Below, in pieces: positions 47,901 to 64,000 of a stretch of DNA of 64,000 bases (positions are counted from its first letter, which is position 1; every line of letters begins with the position of its first letter). The stretch is from the human T2T-CHM13v2.0 reference genome, Homo sapiens. The position numbers and the translations under genes are program-made. The notes below the pieces were generated by a model. It saw only the letters and a list, made by a program, of their open reading frames with translations, had not been told where the DNA came from and did no database searches. The stretch lies in assembly GCF_009914755.1 (NCBI RefSeq), contig NC_060934.1. One strand, written 5' to 3'.

Positions 47901-48290
47901 GCTCACAGCCCTTACCTGTGTGGTCCCACACCACCCAGCCCCACTTACACTTCCCAGCCAGCCACGGCAACCATCACTCCAAGCCAGGCAGAGGTGAGGG
48001 GCTGTGACATCCAGGCTTCCTCAGTGATCACTCACCAACAGTGAGATCTTAAACTTATATAACACTTGATATCATTTTCTTCACTTCTGTTGATCAATCT
48101 TGGCACCATCTCTAGTTTGATTTATTGCCCTCGTTATAGTTAGAAGGAAATGGAGGCTCCAATGGGTTGAGTGTCTGAGTCTGCACTTGAACCCAGATCT
48201 TCCCCCTCTCAGTTCAGGGCTCTTTCCACACTCACACTTCTTCTCTAAGCATCTACAACACCATCACCCCACACATGAAATGCAACACTC

Positions 48291-55054
<6,764 letters not shown>

Positions 55055-55736
55055 AAAATGCAACACTCTTTATGTCTTTCTTTTTATATTCATCATCATA
55101 AGTGCAAGTCTGTTTAATTAGATTACCAGCTTTGTAAGAATGTCAATCAAGTCTTATATTTCTATTTTGCTGAATTACTAATGCTCTCTTAAACTCTCAA
55201 TGCATGTCTAAGTCTTTTTTACTTTTCAAATCCATTGTAAAATATAGAAAATGTAAAAAATGATAAGAAATTAAGATGAGTAACACTATAAACTCTCTTC
55301 ATTACATGTTGAAAACCTCTGAGTAATCATACAGGGTCATTGGTGCTGGTTTTCAAAGCCATGTTTATTGGAAAGTGAGACCACTGAGGGTTTCAACATG
55401 TTATTTGGGACTCAGAATTCACTTAGAAGAGATTAAACTGTCTGTAAGAATCTACGTGCCAAAGCTACAGTCAGCTACAATTCATCAAATACTTGAGTCA
55501 ATGAGCTTCTGATGAATGATAATGAGAATACTGGATGAAGAACCATCCCATCTAAATCAAATATCAAACTCTACTCTCAGCTTCACACACATATCGAATG
55601 ATATGTTTCTATTCAATTCCAAGATACAACTAAACATTCACATCTTAGTTCTGTCATCTTTAATGGATCATGATAAAGATAATGGATTTTCCAGTGCAGT
55701 TTTGTAATAGCATGGAGCACAAGCACAAGACCTGTC

Positions 55737-55742
55737 TTTATT
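55737..55742 (-). terminator. Candidate polyadenylation signal of OR13A1
   Basis: AATAAA on the minus strand about 750 nt downstream of the stop; an alternative lies at about 55364. Confidence 0.45.
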
Positions 55743-56485
55743 AGACACAGAGGATTCGTTCACCCAGTTTTATCTGAAACAATGGAAGGATAGCAATGCC
55801 TTACTACAATGCCGTTTAACTTATTAGAGCTGACTCATGGCAGCTGTCCTCGCTCCAGGCCAATTAGGTAGGTCAGATACTCAGGATCTGAAGTGTTAGT
55901 AAGAAGAAAAGACAAAAGCAGAAACAACAGTTTGCATTAAAATCAAACTATTTTTGAAGTCCAAGTGGCTCCAGAGGAAACAGTTGAGGTAAGATAATGG
56001 GGGTAGAAGGTTTCCTAGAGGCCAGTGGTCACCTTAAAACAAAGCTTCAGTCTGACAACCCTTCAGGGGCTGTGGGGTCCACAATTCTGCCTAACTTTTT
56101 AGACCCACACAGCTGAATTCTAGGTGTGATTTTAGAATTTACACCCTGAGTGTTGTACATACAAAAGGAAAATGTTTGATGTGGCTATGAGTTGAAAACA
56201 CAAGGAACACTTTTCTCCTCCTAGGCCCTGTGTTTCTCTGCCAACTCAGCACTGACACCACCTTGGAGTCAGACCAAGAGATCTGGTGTCTCAGAGGCTG
56301 GTGGGTCACACCTACCGCAATCCCCCCATCACCAAGTCTCAGGGAACCAGCACTCCCAGCTCATCCATGCACAGGTTCTGCTGGGTTAGAAAAAACAAGT
56401 CTATTTACCTCCCAGTCCAGAAACTTGCTCATCAGACTCCACTAAAACTGCAGTCTCCAAGGACAAAAACTTCAGAAGACACAAG

Positions 56486-57472
56486 TTAATTTCTGAAGAA
56501 AGGGAAAAGCTTCCTGAGGGCTGCTTTGACCTCCTTGTTTCTCAAAGTATAGATGAGGGGGTTGAGGGTAGGACTCAGCACAGTGTACAGCAGGCCAGCC
56601 AACTTGCTCTTCCCTGCGCTGTAGCCAGAGACCGGGCTTATGTAGGCGTAGAAGACAGCGGTGTAATACATGCACACCACGGTGAGGTGGGAAGAGCAGG
56701 TGGAGAAGGCTTTCTGCCTCCCCCAGGCAGTCTTCACCTTCAGGATGCTGGAGACGATGAAGCCATAGGACGCGATGGTCATCAGGAAGTTCACTATGCC
56801 GTAGAAAGCATCCGCCAGGACAATCATGACACCGTTGACGTAGGTGGAGCTGCAGGAGAGAAGCAGCAGGGGAGGGACCTCGCAGAAGAAATGGATAATG
56901 ACATTGGGGCCACAGAAATCCAAGCGCAGCATCAGCCCCGTGTGGATGGCCGTGTTGACGGCGCAGAGCAGCCACACGGCTGTGGCCAGCCCGCTGCAGA
57001 ACACCTTGCTCATCATGCTGCTGTAATGCAGCGGGTGGCAGATGGCTGCGTACCGGTCATAGGCCATGACCGTGAGGAGCAGCAGCTCTGAGGATGCAGC
57101 CCACGTGAGGAAATAGAGCTGGGCCATGCAGCCCCCGTAGGAGATGGAGCTCTCTTCCGACACCAGACTGGCCAGCGCCTTGGGCATGATGGAAGAGGTG
57201 CAGATAATGTCCATAGTAGCCAAGTTGAGTAAGAAAAAGTACATAGGAGCGTGGAGCCCAGGGTTGAACGTGATGGCCAAGGTGATGAGGACATTACCTG
57301 TGAGGGCCCCAGAGTAGAGGAAGAGGAAACAGCTGAATAAGAACACCCGGTATTCTGGGTGCTCCGAAAAGCCCTGCAGGATGAACTCGGTTACCAACGT
57401 CTGGTTACTCATCATCCTTGGGCTGGGACGGGTTTCTGGGACTATCAGGTGACTCTCCATCCACAGCTTCAT
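56486..57472 (-). CDS. OR13A1: Olfactory receptor 13A1, 328 aa, intact
   Basis: LHAPMYFFL, MAYDRYAAICHPLHY, HFFCEVPPLL, KAFSTCSSHL and PTLNPLIYTLRNKEVK. N-terminus MKLWMESHLIVPETRPSPRMMSNQT recognised. Splice acceptor ttgtttatctctctAG (57486-57485) lies 12 nt before the ATG. Confidence 0.96.
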   Translation of the reverse strand: MKLWMESHLIVPETRPSPRMMSNQTLVTEFILQGFSEHPEYRVFLFSCFLFLYSGALTGNVLITLAITFNPGLHAPMYFFLLNLATMDIICTSSIMPKALASLVSEESSISYGGCMAQLYFLTWAASSELLLLTVMAYDRYAAICHPLHYSSMMSKVFCSGLATAVWLLCAVNTAIHTGLMLRLDFCGPNVIIHFFCEVPPLLLLSCSSTYVNGVMIVLADAFYGIVNFLMTIASYGFIVSSILKVKTAWGRQKAFSTCSSHLTVVCMYYTAVFYAYISPVSGYSAGKSKLAGLLYTVLSPTLNPLIYTLRNKEVKAALRKLFPFFRN

Positions 57473-58032
57473 GTGATTTCAGAGCTAGAGAGATAAACAA
57501 GAGGTGTCCTGAGGAAGGCTGCTCCCGTGTTTCTTCCACACCTCACATCACTGCATGAAAGATAGAGATGCATTAGGGCATATTGATTAAGATAAACACC
57601 CCAATATTACAGTAGAAAAAAGGCGTGAACACTCAGTTTATAAAAAATAAATACAGTTGGCCAGTTAAACTCATGAAGCATCATTCAACCTCAAACAAAT
57701 GCAAATTAAATCCATGATCTAGTCTTCATCATCCATGATCTGGCAAAGTTAGAAAAGCATGATATTAACTAGCATTAGAATGGCTGCAAAGATGCAGGCC
57801 TTTTAAAATATGTATTCCATTTGAGCCGGAACTTCCTCTTCCAGAAATGTATCCTAAGGAATAATAAAAAGCATCCTGAAGGTGTCAGAGCAGCACTATT
57901 TATAATAGTGGAAATTTAAAACAATCTATACCCTTAAACGTGAGTATATTATGGTAAATTGATATAAATGCTGTCTAATTATCAAAGTAATGCTTTGGAA
58001 GTGTTTTACTGATGCTTTTAAAAGGAGAATGA

Positions 58033-58308
58033 CACTTTGGGAGGCCGAGGCAGGCAGATCACTTGAAGCCAGGAATTCAAGACCAGCCTGTCCAAAATGG
58101 TGAAACCCCATTCTCTACTAAAAATACAAAAATTAACCTGACACGGTGGTGGTGGATGTCTGTAATCCCAGCTACTTGGAAGGCTGAGGCAGGAGAATCG
58201 CTTGAACCTGGGAGGCAAGGTTTCGGTGAGCTGAGACCACGATGCTGCACTCTAGCCTGGGCGACAGAGTGAGACTGTCTCAAAAAAAATTGTTTTAATT
58301 TTAAAAAA
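58033..58308 (+). mobile_element. Alu (S/J), slightly 5'-truncated
   Basis: cactttgggaggccgaggcaggcagatcacttgaagccaggaattcaagaccagcc...gagactgtctcaaaa. Confidence 0.9.
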
Positions 58309-59222
58309 AGGAAAGAATGAAAAAAAATTTAAAATAATGTGTACAATAGGATCTCATTTTTAAAAAAAAAATTAAAAAAGCAGATTTGTTTCCACTGATA
58401 TTGAGGATAGTGAAAAATTTAAAATAAAAATAAAATGTAAAAGCATGTTTGTATATGCATCTGTAGGAAAAACACTGGTGAGTGCTAGACCAGAGCTTGA
58501 ACAGTGATTGTTTTCACTTTTTAAATTTTTGCTGGTCTGTATTTTCTACTTTTTCTATAAAATGACCTCTCTAAAAGGCAGATGTATCACACAGAATCCT
58601 CCTTACAACAGTTCTTCCATGGCTTCCCATTGCCAAAAGAATAAATGCTCCCAGCAACTTTTCCTGGATCCACCTCCTCTCCAGCCTTTCTTCCCACTCA
58701 TCTTAAAGCCAGAACTCCAGCCATGCCCTGCACTCACAGACTGGCTGATGCACCAAGCCATTCCAGGATTTCTTGGTTTTGTTCTTCCCACTCCCTGAGC
58801 CAGGAATGCCCTTTTTCTCATGAACCAGGGACATAATCAGCCCCCTCTTTCTGAGCATCCCTTCCCTGGGGAGAAAGTACCACTCTTTCCTTTGTGTTTC
58901 CTCTGATACTGACTTCTATCCTAGTACACAATACACGTCACTCCTTGATCAGGTTACTGGACTGTGCCCTAAAAGATTAACACATATGCCCGTTTATCTC
59001 TGGACATCCCTTCTTGGCACCCAGCCCCCTGCCTAGCAGGCAGTGTGTAGACACTCAAATATGTGTGTTTAAATAATGCTAAAGAATAGGCTAGTATGAA
59101 TAACAGCAGAATGACTTATATTCTTAAGTTACTGCACATTCTGTACAGCTCAAGATAAAATCAGCATAGTGCACATTTGGTTTTTCCCTTTCAACTCTTT
59201 ATTCATTAAAAGTTAAGGAAGA

Positions 59223-59645
<423 letters not shown>

Positions 59646-60473
59646 TTACCACTAAAATATTAAAAGGTTTACACAAAATGACCAAACATCATCTCCAGCT
59701 CAGGTCATATCACCTTTTAATAAGGTAAAAACTGTTTTTTGAATAGGCAAGCATAAAATCCCTATGACTCAGAGCAATAAGGCTATATTAGCGTGGGGTA
59801 TGATCAGAATCAATGGAAATGATGGTGTTCCATCTGTGTATCTTCCCAGCAACAAGGTGTCAGAACAGCTCAATAACTTGAGTGGAAGTAATAAATACAA
59901 TATGCTTTAGCTGATTTCATTATTGTTTGGGACAAAAAGAGTGAATAATTACTTTCGCTGAGTTTGAGTTGTGGATCTGAAGAAATAACTGTAACTTTAT
60001 TTGCTCTTATGATGGCCCAGTGAGTGACTCCTCTTTAACTCCAGGGACAGAATTGGATTTTCTCCATCAATGTCCCAGTGTGAGGTTTCTGCACTTCCGA
60101 CTCATGTCCTCCTCCCTAGAATTCTAGCCACCAGATTTCTCCAGCCATCATGAAATCATGGTGCACTCCACAGTGCATATTACAAACGCACCAGAGTCAG
60201 CACAGCTGCAGCTGTACCTGGGAGATGGAAAACGCATCCATCACTGAACACCTACCAAGCAGCAGTGTGCAGAGTCTGTCACGCATCCTTCCTGGAGCAA
60301 GAAAACCTATTACGAAGGAAACCTTAAACACAATCTCTCTCTTAGCTCCACAATGAGATTAGAAAAACAATAGCTCTGCAATACAAATGGATGTTTTGAA
60401 CAGGTGCTGAGCACAAGGAAATTTCCACAAATGTATTCACATTCAAGGAGCAAATTAGCCCTCAGGTAATTAC

Positions 60474-60856
60474 CCACTTATTGTGATTGGGTGGGGACAG
60501 GAGGACAGTCTTCTCAATCAACTGGTCAATAATGAGATCAAAGAATCGGGGCTCCAATCCTCTTTCCATGAGAATGACCACAAGATTTCTTTACAGCCTC
60601 AGCCAGTCATTTCTTCTGAAAAATAACAAAGACCTTGCTCCCTTGAGTTTCATAGGGCATTTGCTTCAATTCTCAGCCAGCATTACAAGAGTATTACTAA
60701 GGGTATGAGGCAAAATAACACAATTTCAGGTAATAAATGGCAAGTTTAAACACATACTGCATTCAGACAACACGATGACATCTCACCAGCAGGCCAACAG
60801 GATATTCGAACAGCGGTTATTTTCCACATTTATCAAACCCTTGGGCACTCAAGCTT
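60474..60856 (-). other. Candidate 5' non-coding exons of OR13A1 (60474-60615, and 60758 or 60787 to 60856)
   Basis: Minus-strand acceptors tctttgttatttttcAG (60617-60616) and ttttttcccccttcAG (60858-60857). Donors GTAATT (60473), GTATGT (60757) and GTGAGA (60786). Signals only. Confidence 0.4.
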
Positions 60857-62939
60857 CTGAAGGGGGAAAAAAGGCATCTTGGATTACATTTATCACTTTA
60901 AAGAAATAACAATAATAGTCCTCAAAATCTCTGAAATTAAAAAGGTAATTTCATTGAGTATTTTCTAAAGACAAATTATATTTTACATAAAATACAATTT
61001 ACTTGTAGTGAGATTATATCTTTGTTCCAATTTATTGTTCATAGTTTCATAAACAGAAAATTTAAAAGATTTAATTAATAATGGAGAACTTGACTCATTT
61101 CATTATTTTTATCTCTAAAGCTGTTCAATGATTTTCACAGACACCATATTAATCTAATGTCCTTTTATTGTATATGAAGGTAGGCATTTCTATTGTAGAC
61201 ATGCTTCAAGAACAGAAAACTAAAAATCAGAACATGCCAGAATCGCATATGTTCAGGGTCAAATCTGAAAGACATTTTGAAGATAACTTTGTCCAACCTA
61301 TTGATTTGGAAAGTCATAAATGTATCTAAATAACTTACCCTGGTCACACAGAGTATTAGTGACACAGCTAGTATCTAGGCTCAAGGCTGTGGGACTACAG
61401 TCCAGAATTCATTGCTGTGTAATTTGTTGGTTGCCTCCATAAATCCAGCCCCATCAAATGTCAAAGAAAAGCCATGAAAAAGAAAAATCAACCAATAATT
61501 TATACAAACGTATTTAAGGCTGGGGTGTGGAATGTAAACCCTAAACTCTCAGCCACATTTGGCATCCCACTTACCCTGTTGTTTTGTTACTGATCAAATG
61601 GTAATAACACATATTCAAATGTTACTGACTCTGGATCAACTCAACAAAAACCATTAAGTCTTTTATATAAGCAAATTAAGCAGACAGAGTTATGAGTAGA
61701 ACTTTTCCCATTTTTTAAATGTCACTCAATCACCATCCTCAGAACAATCATAATTACCTTAAAAAAAATGATTTCACCTTTGTAGAGTGAACAGACTTTA
61801 TGTATAGCTGTCCTCTCTCTGCCAAGCACAACTGAGGGTAGAAACATGGTGACATTGAGGCAGTGTGCAACCTGTGATAAGATCAGTCTGAACAGGACTG
61901 TTCAGGACTGAACAAGGTTTCCTTCCCATATTTAAGATGGCCTTGCCAAGAATTTGTGACTTATCTTTAGCAACATTTGTCACTGCCTGTGGGAGACACT
62001 AGGGAGAGCTGTTCACAACTATTACTCTAAGTGGACCCTGAAGGAGCAATTAAATTAAGTGCTTCTTTACTGGGGACTTGCCTGTCATTGGGGTTCACAG
62101 AAAGGCCAATTCAGATTTCTAATCCAAATGTGTAGAAAAGGGTGTGGGCCCAAGTGGGGGAGGAGGGACAGCAGGACACATTCTCTGTCCCAGCTCACAG
62201 AATCTGGGTCAGGGCAGACCCAGGCTCAGGTGCTCAGAACGTGTCCACACCTGGGGACTGGAGAAAGACTGTCAGGCAGGCAAGTAGCATTTCTGGACTG
62301 CTATCCATGGAAGGCGAGGCATGGAGCAAATGTTTCCATGCTTCTCTGTATAAACCACTCTTTCTAACAGAGCTGGCCTCTCCCTGTCCCTCATAAACAG
62401 CTTGGATCTTATTTATCCCTGCTTGATCTCATTTCATCCAAATCCCACCCAGATCTAACTCTATCTCCCCTACCAAACCTTCCCTGACTCCCTGGAAGGA
62501 AAGGACCACTCTGTCTGCTGAGTCTCTGTCCCATTCAGGGGTTCTCCACCAGGCTCTGGAGGCAATAACATGGGCTTCAGAGTCTTTCCAGACCTGGGGT
62601 AAAATCTCTGAAAGTTACTGGTCATGTGACTTTGGGTGACTGCGCTTAACCTCTCCAGGACTCATTTATAATAATGAAAAGCCTTATCGCCTTATCACAG
62701 TACCTAATACAGGAAAGGGGATTGGCAATATTTTATTTCCCTTCTCCCAATTCAGGATGTACGTAGATGTATGTTTTTTCTTCCATATTAGTTAGCAAGC
62801 AGAGAGCTGACTAAATATCGATGGGTTTACTATTAAAACGCACTTCAAACAGTTCTAATTTTACTAAGCAGCACTAAACTAAACAGTTCATTAATGGCTT
62901 TGAGACTTTACTCTGTTTCTTAAATAGCTGCAGAAACTT

Positions 62940-63080
62940 GTATAAGTCCGTAGTCTCTCTGAATCCCAATTTTTCAATATATAGAATGGGAATAATTATA
63001 CCTACCTTCAGAATTTTTGCGGGGACTAAATAAGATGACGTACATGAATCCATTTTAGAAACCATGTTAGTTGTCATTAT
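62940..63080 (+). mobile_element. MIR
   Basis: tctctgaatcccaatttttcaatatatagaatgggaataattatacctaccttcag...actaaataagatgacgtacatgaa (MIR core). Confidence 0.65.
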
Positions 63081-63229
63081 GAATGGGTCATCTATAGAAA
63101 TAATTATTCCAAAAAATTCTGCCTTGGCAGTATTAAGCCCAAGCAGATTACCTTTATTTCAACAAAATAAAAGATCCATGAACAAGGAATTCCCTTCCTG
63201 TGATGTTAATAATATGCTACCATTCAGGA

Positions 63230-63705
63230 ATAAATGTGTGTTAGGTTAAAAGCTAAACTGTTAACATGAAGAGACCTAAATATACAGTGGCTTCATTTTT
63301 TCTCTTTTGCTCAACAATCTGAAGATATACATAAGTTGTGGGGTAGCTTCCAGACTGATGGGGCAGTCTTGCTCCACTAAGTCATTAAAGGATTTAGGTT
63401 CCTCTCAAATCAATGATTCTTGATCTCCTACGTGATGATTCTCTTTACCATAAAAGTTGCCATAACCTCTACATTTTAGTTGTAAAAAGGGACAATATAG
63501 AAAGCTCAAATAATACAATTTATTTTAAGCAAGTGAGGCAGATATTGTGCACATAACTTCTGCTCATATTTTACAGGCAAAAGTTTAGTTACATTGCTTC
63601 ACCTAGCTGCCAGGGAAGCTGGGAAATGTGGTCAAGCTGGAAAGATACATGTACAGGAAAAAGGGAGAATGGATTTTTGGAAAAAAAACTAATAATTGCC
63701 ACAAA
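63230..63705 (-). mobile_element. MLT1 (MaLR) LTR
   Basis: acataacttctgctcatatttt...cacctagctgccagggaagctgggaaatgtggtc. Confidence 0.6.
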
Positions 63706-64000
63706 TATGCAAGAGAACTAGAGATAAGGAACTTAGGAATAAAAGACTGGAAGTAAGAATGAATTGTATATGTTACTCCCGAGAACTGAGATTCGAGGAA
63801 GAAAAAAAGGATGATTATATACTTACACAAGAAAGAGGGCGGAAGTGAAAAGAAGAGGGTGAAAGAGGTAAACAGGCAATGAACAGTATTAAAAGTTAAA
63901 AGAGAAAATCAAGGACATGAATTAAAGAGTTATAATATCCTTACAAGGTATCCAGAAAGAGTCAAAAGTGGTGGAACCCTGAAAAATTATGCAGAACCCC

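Noticed and set aside
56472-57294. Alternative-frame and antisense ORFs (167, 134 and 93 aa) over OR13A1
   Set aside because: Expected shadow ORFs of a GC-rich CDS; no recognisable domain.

Overview
Repeat-dense primate genomic DNA, most likely human chr10q11.21. That placement is recalled from the OR13A1 protein and its neighbourhood, not from a search. Gene content is one cubilin (CUBN)-derived pseudo-exon (-), a family-6 olfactory receptor pseudogene disabled by a single stop codon (+, likely OR6D1P) and the intact receptor OR13A1 (-). Most of the rest is retroelements: an SVA, two full-length decayed L1PA elements, older L1M/L2/MIR/MaLR fragments, about 10 Alus, and a nested ERV stack in which a MER4 LTR contains a MER61 provirus that in turn contains a HERV-K(HML-6) provirus, an L1 and an Alu. 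I found no convincing new biological system. The most unusual signals are rearrangement scars read directly from the sequence: a 120-bp piece of pol copied into the gag zinc knuckle, a perfect 39-bp foldback palindrome beside a 64-bp templated insertion, a 2.4-kb inversion with inverted duplicated breakpoints, an L1 3' transduction, a triplicated exon-like unit upstream of the OR pseudogene, and an orphan L1 promoter aimed at the CUBN pseudo-exon. Repeat subfamily names come from recalled consensus motifs and need RepeatMasker/Dfam confirmation.
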